A stretch of 61,988 bases of DNA, filler included, from Trypethelium eluteriae (lineage: Eukaryota), in NCBI GenBank assembly GCA_051942245.1. It is 3 parts of 3 records of this genome, joined end to end, with 100 filler letters (N's around TTAATTAATTAA, not from the genome) between each part and the next. Parts side by side here need not be neighbours in the genome. Positions count along the whole stretch, not along the records: positions 20,729 to 41,313 come from JAVECL010000493.1; positions 41,414 to 61,988 come from JAVECL010000494.1; 1 more part is not named here. One strand, written 5' to 3'. This document shows positions 39,140-49,861 of the stretch, in pieces. The position numbers and the translations under genes are program-made. The notes under the pieces were generated by a model, which saw nothing but the letters and a program-made list of their open reading frames with translations, searched no databases and was not told where the DNA came from. The stretch's first letter is position 1, and each line of letters starts with the position of its first letter.

Positions 39140-39154
39140 ATGGCTGTCTTCTAG
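39140..39154 (+). promoter_or_regulatory. cpc-1 uORF1 (MAVF*)
   Basis: GGC ATG GCT GTC TTC TAG in good initiation context, out of frame with the main ORF. Confidence 0.85.
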
Positions 39155-39364
39155 TTCTTCGTCTTCACCTCAAATCTTGTCCAACGGCAAGATAGCTCGG
39201 TTCAGTCTACCGGTTAACTCTCCACTCAATAACAATTACCATTCAGAGCTTCTGCTTGCAGATCCTCTGAACTCAAGGCCAGCCTCGCGCACCTTCAGTT
39301 CACCTTCAAACACCTTCACCACGTTCGACTTCACGTCGTTCACCACGGCTCAACCACAGCAACA

Positions 39365-39511
39365 ATGGCTTTCTCCATCATTGTCAGCTCCCCGGCATCC
39401 GCCACAACCAACCTTCAGCAATCAACAAGACTTCGTTCTGTACGATCAACCACCGGCACCCTCCCAGGCCAGCCGTCACTCTCCCGCTACGAATCCGCGG
39501 CATACGTTTAA
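39365..39511 (+). promoter_or_regulatory. cpc-1 uORF2 (48 aa, MAFSIIVSSP...ESAAYV*)
   Basis: ACA ATG G context, out of frame with the main ORF, ending at TAA 39509-39511, 142 nt before the main ATG. Confidence 0.85.
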
Positions 39512-39653
39512 CAGCGTCCACAAGCAATTTCCTACATCTTCACCGTCGACTTCTGTTGCCACTGTGCATCAACGTAGTAACTCTGTTCAACGTCCACCGG
39601 TTCCTCTTTTCTCTAGCAATAGTGGTTCTAGTACATCTCAGCAGTCTGTCACT

Positions 39654-40439
39654 ATGTTTGCAGGTAGTTCTCCTTCCTGTAGCTCTGTGTCTTCTCAAAG
39701 TCTTACGCCATCTTCAGACATGAACGAGAACTCTGCGGCCAGCCTTGATGGCTGGACCGACGGATTCGGTACTCAGTCTATGACTGATGCGGAAATGGCC
39801 GCCCACATTACCAACTTTACGTCGATTAATGGCAACAACAACGAGTTCCAGCAATCGACGTCAACTGGCGGCACCATCTCTCCAAGCGATCTCGTCAATG
39901 AATCCGTTCCGAACTCCACTGCTATGACCAACCTGACATCGCCTTCTCCATGGGAGACTCCACTCGATGATTTTGAGACTTCTCCCCTGTTCGATGGCCT
40001 TCAGGGTGATCCGACTCTCGGAAGCTCTGACCAATGGTTCTCTCTCTTCCCGGACCAGGAGCATGACAATGATGTTATCCAACGATCCACCTCCCAACGC
40101 TCATTCGACTCTGCCGCTAGCGCTTCTCCTATCGTTCTCCACCCTGGTGGTCAATCCAACCGCAAAATGTCTACAACTGCCTCCCCTGCTGTCAAGCACT
40201 CCCAGACTGCTGGTGTGCACAAGAAAAACCGTGAACTTCCTCCCATCCTCGCTGATCCTGGAGACCCGATCGCTGTCAAACGTGCTCGAAATACTGCAGC
40301 AGCTCGGAAATCTCGTGACAGGAAAGTCAAGAAATTCGAGGACATGGAAGGAGAGATCATGGCACTTCGCCGAGAGAAGGCTGACTTGCAGGCTGAGATG
40401 GAAGAGTGGAAAAAGCGAGCTCTGGCTCGAGGCTCGTAA
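39654..40439 (+). CDS. cpc-1: Cross-pathway control bZIP transcription factor (CpcA/CPC-1/Gcn4)
   Basis: GTISPSDL, PNSTAMTNLTSPS, FETSPLF and WFSLFP activation motifs. Basic region LPPILADPGDPIAVKRARNTAAARKSRDRK and zipper ending EEWKKRA. Probable intron 39664-39717. Confidence 0.95.
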   Translation: MFAGSSPSCSSVSSQSLTPSSDMNENSAASLDGWTDGFGTQSMTDAEMAAHITNFTSINGNNNEFQQSTSTGGTISPSDLVNESVPNSTAMTNLTSPSPWETPLDDFETSPLFDGLQGDPTLGSSDQWFSLFPDQEHDNDVIQRSTSQRSFDSAASASPIVLHPGGQSNRKMSTTASPAVKHSQTAGVHKKNRELPPILADPGDPIAVKRARNTAAARKSRDRKVKKFEDMEGEIMALRREKADLQAEMEEWKKRALARGS

Positions 40440-41313
40440 GCTGCCTATTGTGATGCTTACTGCTCCTATCCGTCTCTTTCTTTTCTTTTGGCGCCGACTA
40501 GGATGTGCAAAAGTGCTTGGCTTTCCTGGGATTCCTTTTTTCCTCGCCATCTCCTGCTCTTTGGGACATAGCGACATCTCCTCTCAGGCTCACCTGATTT
40601 GCATGATGTTCGCATTGATTATAGTTTCTGTTTTAACCTTCCCGCAACTGCCCACTCTCCCTGATATTCTTGATTTACAGTTTTTGTTATTTTCTTGGCT
40701 GGTCGGTTCTGATTGTCGTCTGCCTTAACGGTGGATTCGACTCGTGGCCTTGCCATACTTAGTTTATATTATGATTGCTGATTGCTGAAGAGGCTGACGG
40801 TGGTGGAGACAGATGATTCTCGACTTGATGTAGTCTTTGCAATATACACAACCACATTCATTGGACTCACGTACACTGCTGCTGTGACCTACGTAGTCAT
40901 TTGTAAAGATCTTGTGCTGGATAGAGAACACCTCCGTGAACATCGTCGCCAAAATCTGTCTAACAGAGGCCTCTCAAAGTTGACGCATCCTGCGTATATC
41001 TAAACGCGTCATTCAATCAGACGTGTGGCAATGAGGACGACCCTTGCTCGAGAAATCTAGATCCCTTTCAGGATTTGTCTGCACTGTACTCCGTAAGTCA
41101 AACCGACTTTCAATCCTCGATGAAGACATGACCTTTGTAGAACCTGCTCATCCTCAGTCCATGTCTGAATCTATCCTTAATGGTGACATCCACCTCACCG
41201 GAATTGCATAGAGATAAAGTCAGATATTCATCGATTTGGTTTCGATTGCTTTCAAACATGTCGATGTCTTTGTATAGTACTAAAGGCTCTGTACACATGG
41301 CAATCTCTGCAAC

Positions 41314-41413
41314 NNNNNNNNNNNNNNNNNNNNNNNNNNNNNNNNNNNNNNNNNNNNTTAATTAATTAANNNNNNNNNNNNNNNNNNNNNNNNNNNNNNN
41401 NNNNNNNNNNNNN
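41314..41413. other. Assembly gap with artificial six-frame-stop linker
   Basis: 44 N + TTAATTAATTAA (41358-41369) + 44 N. Confidence 0.97.
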
Positions 41414-41498
41414 AAAACCTATTCGATCTGATTCTTCTGAAGGTGGCGGATCGCCTCTACATATATAGCTAGCTACGGAGATTGACTTCATTGTGCGG

Positions 41499-41563
41499 CC
41501 AATATTTGGATCCATTGGCTCGTCCAATATAGTGATCCATTGGTTCGTCCAATATATTGATCC
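41499..41563. repeat. 25-bp minisatellite, about 2.6 copies
   Basis: CCAATATTTGGATCCATTGGCTCGT / CCAATATAGTGATCCATTGGTTCGT / CCAATATATTGATCC. Confidence 0.85.
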
Positions 41564-41693
41564 TTTGTAGATGTGGTGGTAGCCAACGGTGTAGCCGCTA
41601 GCGAAGGTGGTTGGATTACACCATCACGCTGGCTAATAAAAAAGGCGGGTACCTCGTAACTGCCCAGAAAACGACCTGCTGATCAAGGATGTA

Positions 41694-42038
41694 GAAATCT
41701 TAGAAGGCGACTCAGGCTCATGGGTGGTTGACGTCAAGACTGGGGAAGTGCTCGGCCACGTTGTTGCATCTGATGCCTTTGGAGATGGCTACGTTATCCC
41801 GATAACGTCAACCTTTCGTGATATTGCTAACCGTCTCGACGCAGTCTCAGTCAATCTTCCTACCTCAGTTGATATTATCAGTTACATCTTCGATAAGGTG
41901 AGCAGTTCGATTCCATGCAGCTGCCTTGGGGATCACTTACGTTTCCATGATATACATACTGAGTTAACCCAAAATAGGTACACAAGATATCATCTATTCC
42001 TATCGAGCACCCTGAATGCAGTGAAAAGGAATTATTAG
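41694..42038 (+). pseudogene. C-terminal fragment of a trypsin-like serine-protease-domain protein
   Basis: EGDSGSWVVDVKTGEVLGHVVASDAFGDGYVIP contains a GDSG nucleophile motif. No intact upstream coding frame was found between it and the gap. Confidence 0.55.
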
Positions 42039-43534
42039 AAGGGCTACAATACCCACCCGAGGACTCGGGATATTCATCTTTGCCGATAAGCCCGGTTACT
42101 TCAACCACTTTATTCAAAGCTGAAAGGTAGAGAGTAAGATGCCTCAACTGATTGTATCTGATTTTGATTCAAGGCCAAAGCATAGGAGGAAGGATTAGGT
42201 TAAGGGAGAGGCTTTAGTATAAGCTAGGGTTACATAAGCTATCGTGCTCCGCACCTGCCATAGGCTATGACACCAATCGCCGGACGAGGTACAACACCGG
42301 GACCAAGCTTTGTTTGGGTGGGCGGGAAGGACGGCCAGAAACAGTAGAGTCTCTGCAGCAGAGTATGTTGAATCTGTGGGATCGAATGACACATTATGAA
42401 CCAGGAAGTGGTTGGTCTAAATTTGTAGGATCAAGGTTTAAGTCTATGAAGGTCTGCGGACATTACTACAGTAGACCAGGGATCAGTCTTGTATTTGCGC
42501 TGCCCATTTCTATAAGAGGAGAGAACGTTGGCATTTGGGGTTGGGAAAGAACTCTTTACGCTATGTCTGACAAAAAAAAGAGAGATTCCTGATAGCTGAG
42601 GTTAAGCATTTGGACCTTGAGCGGGCAAGCAACACGCGTCGAGACACGCTTGACTTCAAGGGTTTTGGCGGTTCGTGTCAATCTCGCGTACCACGAACGG
42701 CAAACTGCCCGAACCTTGCCTGCCGGGCCTGCCTATCCACTTGAGCCAAACTGTCCTGATATTCTAGCTGTCCTATCAACCTCATAGCGTTTCTGAACTT
42801 GTTGGCACAGGCTGCAGGGAAGGTCGCCACTTGTTCCCGACGTGGTACTCTACTCTATCGTACACTATTGCACCATTGCTTCCGCGCGCACATGCCTTAC
42901 CCTCAATGTCAAAAATTCAACGACAGCAGGTAGAGTTACAGATAACAGCCAGTTGCACTCATTCCATGTCTCATTTTCACCCATGAGCGGTTAGTACTTG
43001 AGCCTGAATTATGGCATCGTAACTGTATTGATAGCTTCATTACCCACACAGCTTACAATAAGCTTTCTGGTCGTCAGCTCGGTCGATGCTCCTTTGCATT
43101 TCATTTGTAGACCTTTTCATGGCTTGCACACAGACCACCGTTCAAAGGCACCACCAAATTGCCTGACAAATCGAAAAAACTCACAGAGCAAAGCCAACGG
43201 CACAAGCCACTTTGCTGTGATCCTATCAGACTGAGTTCCCGCCGACCAATGAGAGGATCAGCGCTTCATCGCCTGCAGCTCGAGAAATTGCTTTTCTGGC
43301 CACGCGATGCCTGTGGCCTGGCCTTACACTCCTAAAATCCCCACAGATGACTGCGCGGTAAATACGATTGTGGCGCGTTACTGCTATTTACGATTGAATA
43401 GCTTCCCAGTTCTTTCAAGTCTGACCGAAATGTCGCCTCCGTAGCGCGAATAGAGACTCCAAGGCACCGTATCGTCCGTCTCCATTGCGTCGACTCCGAG
43501 AGAGTAGCTCTTATTCGTATCGCCGCGCACCACG

Positions 43535-46500
43535 ATGGCGAGTGCTTCCCGAGCAGAGATTTCGAGACATGGCTTTTCTACCGTCTATACACCACCCTCT
43601 AGGGTGGGCCGTGCAGTCGCGCAGTAAGTTGCACTCAACCGGTGCAAGGCATAGAGGCATCAGCTTACCCGCAACAGTATCATCTTCATCCATGGCCTCT
43701 TTGGACACCCAGAGATGACCTGGACTACTCAGAAGCCACTTACGAACAGTATGTCTCGATCACAGCATAGCACGATTCCACCCACCAACAACAGCCCCGC
43801 AAACGAAAACCTCCCCCAAACCGAAGGCACCGGGTCAATGTCCAAGACCATTTTTTGGCCCGCTGAGATGCTTCCAGCTGTCATTCCTAATGTGAATGTA
43901 CACACTTGGGGATACGACGCAGACATTGATGGGTTTTTGTCATCCGCGTCGCAAAACACCGTAGCTCAGCACGCTGCAAATATGCTTTCCGATCTGGCCG
44001 ACCTGCTGGAAAACGATGAGTCCAAACCTCTCCCTGTTTTTTTCATTGTCCACAGTTTGGGAGGAGTTGTTCTCAAAGCGGTGTGTTCATCAGTTTGGTG
44101 TCGGGAGCCAAGGCTGATTGCAAAACAGGCTATGAATCAATCAGCAGAAACGAAAGCCACTCGACTCCGTACGGTTGTTGATCACGTCCTCGGCATTGTA
44201 TTTCTCGGCACACCGCACAGAGGGTCCAAGACCGCTTCAATTGGGAGATATGCGTATCTTGTCACTACCATTGCAACGAGACGTCCAAACTTCAAGCTTT
44301 TATGAGCCCTCGAACGAAATTCAGACTCGCTCGATGGTATCGGCAATAGTTTTTTGCAAACGCTGGCCAGGCATAAGAAGATTCAGATCTATTCCTTTCG
44401 GGAAGAGAAGCAGACTCGAAGATTTGTGATATTGAACACAGTGGTCGTCGAGCCCGACTCTGCGAAAATCGGTCTTCCGGAGGAAGAAGTGAGTACCATC
44501 CCGGAAAGTCATGGTGATATGACAAAATTTCGCTCGCCGTCAGATATTGGATTCAAGCGCATAGTTGCTCAGCTGAAGAGATGGGTCAAGTTGATTGAAG
44601 TTGAAGATACGGGTATGCTTTGACCATATGCTGCCTCCCAGATATCTCAGTCCGGTAGCATTGAATGACACCCAGGTGCACATCGACTGACACTTTGATA
44701 GTCACTGTTGACGGTACGTAAAGCGTTAATCACCCGCTCGAATTGGCACTCACGGAACGAGGAGATTGCTTGCAAAGTCTTCAGTCAACCGACACTCAGC
44801 TTCGATTCAACACCGTCGCCTCTTCGCATGTGAAAACTTTCCATTGGCTTCATGATTCGAACAAAGTATCTTTTTCCAAATGGCTTCAAGACTCCGAAAA
44901 CATGGGTTCTATCTACTGGATCCAAGGCAAACCCGGATCGGGAAAATCCACGTTGATGAATTTTGCGATGCAGGACCATCGTACCCGCCATGCACTGGGC
45001 ATATCTGACGGCAGCCCGTACATTATTGCTGGATATTTTTTTCATGACCGTGGCAAGCTCATTCAAAAGTCCATTCAAGGCATGCTGCAGGCACTGTTGT
45101 TTTCCGTTCTGTCCCAGAGTTTCGAGTTGCGGCAGTTTGTCCAACCCGTCTACACAATATTGGTCTCGCATCAACATACCAAGTCTGTTGCCTGGGACTT
45201 TGATGCTTTGCAAGATGCATTCCAGGCCGTTGTACAGCAGCGTCAAGTCAAAATAAGGCTTTGCTTGTTTCTAGATGCCCTTGATGAACATCACGGAGAT
45301 AATGACCGACTGTCTGGAATGATGCACAACTTAGCTACCCTTTCTGATGGTCAAATCGTCAATATACGACTCTGTCTTACCAGCAGACCATGGGATACGT
45401 TTGTTTCTAATTTTGGGCGTTGTCCAAGGTTCAAAATCCATGAGCATACTCGCGAGGATATCGAGGCTTACACGTCAAGCCAACTGCACAAGGCTCTTGA
45501 CAAGCTTCCAGACTATGGCCCAGCTGCAAACGCAAAATCACGCCAACTTGATATTATTGCAAACCAGACCTCGAACCAGGCTCAAGGTGTATTTATCTGG
45601 GTTCGGATTGTCGTCGAGCTGATTGCAGCCGCGATCAGGGATCGCACGCCGTTTGTCGCTCTGGAAAGCATGCTGGCGGAAATGCCATCTGAACTTGAGG
45701 ATCTGTACTCACACACTCTGGCACGCATCGACTCGAGGCATGTAAAAGAATCCTATGTCATGTTGCAAATCGCACGGTGTAGTCTCATTCCTCTTGGCCT
45801 GGAATCATTTGCGAACACGACATCCTGGGCACTCTGGAAGAGAGTCCCCGATCCTGGAGATGAGACGCTCGAGGACATGACACAGAGGGTCATCAGTCGA
45901 AGCGGGGGGCTTTTAGAGGTGATAGAGTTTCCCTCGACGCCTCCTTTAGTCGAAACCTATTCAGACGATGACGAAATTTCTGTCGACTCATTGCGCTACC
46001 CAGAAGATCAGCTACCAATTCCGCCACTCCAGCAGATGAAATCTCGCATTGTTCAGTTCTGCCACCAAACGGCCAAGGAGTATATTCAGAAGCTTAAAGG
46101 CGACTTTGGTCTACAGCTTTCCGGGAAAGTGGGAAACGGCTATCAGTATATGATGGCTGCCGCGGTCTCAAGCCCTCGAGGATGGGCAAAGCATATGGCG
46201 GATGAAATTCTTGAGTATGCCATACTCTCGCGGAAAGCCGACCCGGCGACATCTTCAGATTATATCCTCAAAAAACTCTGGAAACTACATCCCCAGGCAT
46301 TCCCGTCTAGGGAGAGGAACAACTGGCTCTTTCGAAAAAAACTCCATTTTTATGTCCAAATGTTGTACAGCCAGAGCAGCCAATGGTTTTGCCTTGCTTT
46401 TGCAGCCGGTCTTCTAGACATTTTGACAGGGATTCCCATACAAATCGGTCCTGTGTGTAGCGATCTTTGGCTCACTGCTTTGCTAGGGCCTCCCGTAACT

Positions 46501-47190
46501 TCTAAAAGAGTATCGAGAAGAGATATGCTTCAGTCTCTGTGGGATGCAGTTGCGCCAAGCTCAGCTTCAAAGCTTGAAATTGGAATATGGCTTCCAGACA
46601 GACGTCACGTCTCTTTCACACCTCTGGAAGTGATGGTCATTGACAAAGTTTTCAAACTTAGTGACGGAGTTGATAGAACAGCAACCTTTCAGTTCCTTCT
46701 ATCTCACGGGGCAGATCCCAACATGAAATGCAGCCAAGATCTCATGAATTCGCTGCGCTGGAGATACGAGGATTCTGATCACGAGCATCCATCCTTCACT
46801 GTGTTCATGGCATGCATCAGACAAGAGTCTGCCCCAGTAATCAGATTATTCGGAAGGTATGGTGCAAGAGTGCCGAAGGTATATTGCGAACCACTACGGA
46901 GGATGTGGAGATTGATCAAAGCTCCCTCGGAGGTCTTTTTTGAGGTCATGCGGATCGTAGAATCAGAAGAGCCAGAGTCTTTGGAAACACATGAGGCAGA
47001 TGTCATAGACGACTGTCCATTTGGTTTGATATTGCCGAGCATGGTCGGCGTCGCGACTGTGAATGGAAGAATGTTACTCGGCGCATATGGTGAAAACGCG
47101 GCTCTGGCACTGGAAAGCGTCGTGTTAGCGGTTGTACTCTTCAAACGTTGGAGAAGGCGAGCAGGTGAAAGGCGAAAGTATGGAACGTAG
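43535..47190 (+). CDS. Fungal NLR-like protein (SesB-like alpha/beta hydrolase + NACHT + degenerate ankyrin-like C-terminus) interrupted by one in-frame TGA
   Basis: Hydrolase motifs IIFIHGLFGHP, TWGYDAD, IVHSLGG, GIVFLGTPHRGS and HGDMTKF. NACHT motifs WIQGKPGSGKSTLM, CLFLDALDE, CLTSRP, AQGVFIWV and VQFCHQTAKEY. Ankyrin-like FLLSHGADPN. TGA at 44303-44305. The splice junction near 44613-44740 is not resolved. Confidence 0.85.
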
Positions 47191-47359
47191 GGCAGGATTT
47201 AATCGATAATTTTGAAGTGTTTAAGCTGATAGACTGTCAATATTGACCGGTGTTCGGATGCGTTACTTCTAGTGAAAGAACGTCGCTATGGTTGATCTAC
47301 GCTTGAATAGAGTCGAAGTGAGTGCTCTCTATCAGATAGGGGCTGTACAGAAGTATATA

Positions 47360-48683
47360 CAGTACTAGGGGTCAAGTTTCCCGACACCGGCTAATTATCG
47401 GCCGAACCTCCCCCCCCAATGCAGTAGATATGAAGCCATTGTTACTGCGTGTAAGCTCGCAGAACTATGAAATTTGGTGTAGAGATAGCTAGATGTTGTA
47501 GCTACCTAGCTAGCTAGTCAATATTTTGTGTGCCAACCTCTAGCCTTAATGACTGCCTTGATCCTCCTAGGCATACTCTGAATCAGCTTCCGTAGCAGGG
47601 ACCTGCGTATTTTCCACCACTGTTCTTGACATGCTTTGATTAGGTTCTCCCTAGCTTCTTTAGTGTTGCCCTACTCTGCGAGACGTGGATAGGCCTCCAA
47701 AACATGGTTTTTGAGGGCCCACTAAAGATGTTTAATAGGGTTCAAATCAGGCGAGTATGGGGGCCATTCCAGCACCCAAATCCCATGCTCCTCCAGCCAA
47801 TTACGCGCTAATATTGCTGTATGAATGGGTGTATTATCTTGCTGAAAGATTATCCCAGGCCTGTTAAAGTGTCTCAGCTCTTTTTTATAGGCTTGGATAA
47901 AGCTGAAAGCAGAATAACCTCCTTGTTGGCTGCTTTCATCCCTCTCCATATCCACAAGGTTACTGCGATATCCAAACCAGAAAGCAGCCCAAAACATCTG
48001 CCTAATATCCTTCCCAGGCTCAGATTTAACTATTTTAGGGTCCCATTTTTGGGCTAAAGTCCTCCAAACCCATGTTTGATTGCGTCCAGATCTACATCTA
48101 AGGGAGACTTTATTACTAAAGATAACATTCTCCCATTCTGTTGTCCAACAGTGACAATTTTTGGCGAATTTAAGCCTCAGCTTTGCCACAGCAGGTGTCA
48201 ACTTAAGGCGCTTCTTTGCACTCCATTTAATAATATTGTGTTGCTTTGCGAGACAATACAGCACATCATTACTTATCTCAATCCCTATGAAAGCTCTCAC
48301 ATCATCATATGTGAATCAAGGTCAAGAACGTAAGCAGCAAAGGACTGCACGTTTGTCACAGCGAGAAAGAAGCTCAGGATGTCCTTTGCGAGGTTGTGAA
48401 GCATTGTTGTGGTGTTAATTCCAGCATTTAATTGTATCATACACAGTGGAGCGGCTGCAGCCAATCTCTCGCGCAAATTCAGCCTTGGATTTCTCAGCCC
48501 CTGCTGCAGCTAGGATTGCAGCGCGAGATTCTTTGGATGATTCAGCTCCTTGCGCACGATTTCCACTAATTTCTGCGAGAATTGGCCTCATTTTCGTGGA
48601 GTTATCGCGTGTCAAAATTTGGGGACGCGTTGTTGGATACGTTGTTGTGGTCCGCGTGTCGGGAGACTAGAGCGGGGTCATTG
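47360..48683 (-). mobile_element. Tc1/mariner DNA transposon, RIP-mutated
   Basis: TA flanks at 47358-47359 and 48684-48685. Imperfect 28-bp inverted ends share the core TCCCGACAC. Transposase relic 48591-47518 with HTH (FAREIGCSRSTVYDTI), FQQDN, WPPYSPDLNPIKHL and ARGWHTKY, and internal stops. Confidence 0.92.
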
Positions 48684-49861
48684 TAACTACACAAAGTACC
48701 TGGGATCATTATCTCTCAGTAGATAAAGCAGCAGGAGGACATTTGTTCATGTATATCACTATCAAAAGCCAGAGGAAGGGCCCATCATATTCAGTGGAGA
48801 GCCAAACTGTTACGGTAGTAGGCAGGATCGATGGTATCGATTATAGCAGGTGGAGGCCTAGTTCAGATGGTAGCCGCTAGGGAGCAGAGGCAGGACCATT
48901 CTGAGTGTACATAACCTCTACTTTCTGCTAGATCCTATATCCATCTTCTCTCTCGTCTTCGTATCACAAACACTATATGTATAGCGTTAGGCGGTCCGAA
49001 TGGTAGGTTCGAATATAGTGACCTTGTGCTCTCATCTTGTGGCGGAGTTTGAGCGAAAGGGCCCTGTTCTTCCTACTTACTAAACTAAGTGGGCGGGATG
49101 TTACATCCTCCCAAAAATACCTCCCTTAACACAGGAAACTCGGTCACGTGTTGGAGACGCTGTGAGTTTAAAAGTCTGGAGGAACAGTAGGAGGCCGAGG
49201 ACCCATTTCGATTGAACTTGATACGCTTTCAGCCGAGCATAGAAGACTTGCTGCTTGATTGCTGACTCTGAACTAGACTCTGATCGCCTGCTCTTAGCTG
49301 AGCCTGTTGGACTGCTATTATGGGGTTTAGCAAAGAATCTTGGCACTCTAGGTACTCAAGACAAACGGTTTGAATTGGGATGCATTTCATCATCAATGTC
49401 GAAAGATGTGTAAATTAATAGCGTTATCATGTAGAGGTCTGAAACCAATCGAGAGTGGCAATTGCAGAATACGGTGGCCGTGGTGAAGCCGACAGAGAGT
49501 GCGCGAAAGCCATGATTGTTATGAGGATAGAACGGGAAGAGAGAATTCAGCAGATTCTGGGTAAGTCACTGTGGAGGAAAATTGGCAGCGACCGTTTGGG
49601 CTCGATTCTTCCAAAACGGTGTGGAAGCTGGAGTATGGACGACTGAATACGGTACGGTAAAGGGCAGAACATTAGCTTCGCCACCGTCCGAGAAAAGGAA
49701 ACGCTTCGCTCAGCCATGCACAATATAGCTGCCAAGCTGCCATTATAAAAGGTCTAAGTATCTAGCCCTCTATCCTTTGGTCGCGATTTGGTGAGTTAAT
49801 ACGCAAGATTTCCGAAATTACGCCAGTGGGCAAATCCTCATCGCTCGAAACTCGAAAAGTC

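Noticed and set aside
39967..40728. 253-aa alternative-frame ORF overlapping the cpc-1 bZIP region and 3' UTR
   Set aside because: It has no recognisable motif, and its hydrophobic tail is explained by a T-rich UTR. Treated as a shadow ORF.
41110..41313. Minus-strand ORF end next to the second gap
   Set aside because: It could be the 3' tip of a gene hidden in the gap, but it is too short to assign.
41499..41563. CRISPR-like repeat
   Set aside because: The units are contiguous with no spacers, the context is eukaryotic, and there are no cas genes.
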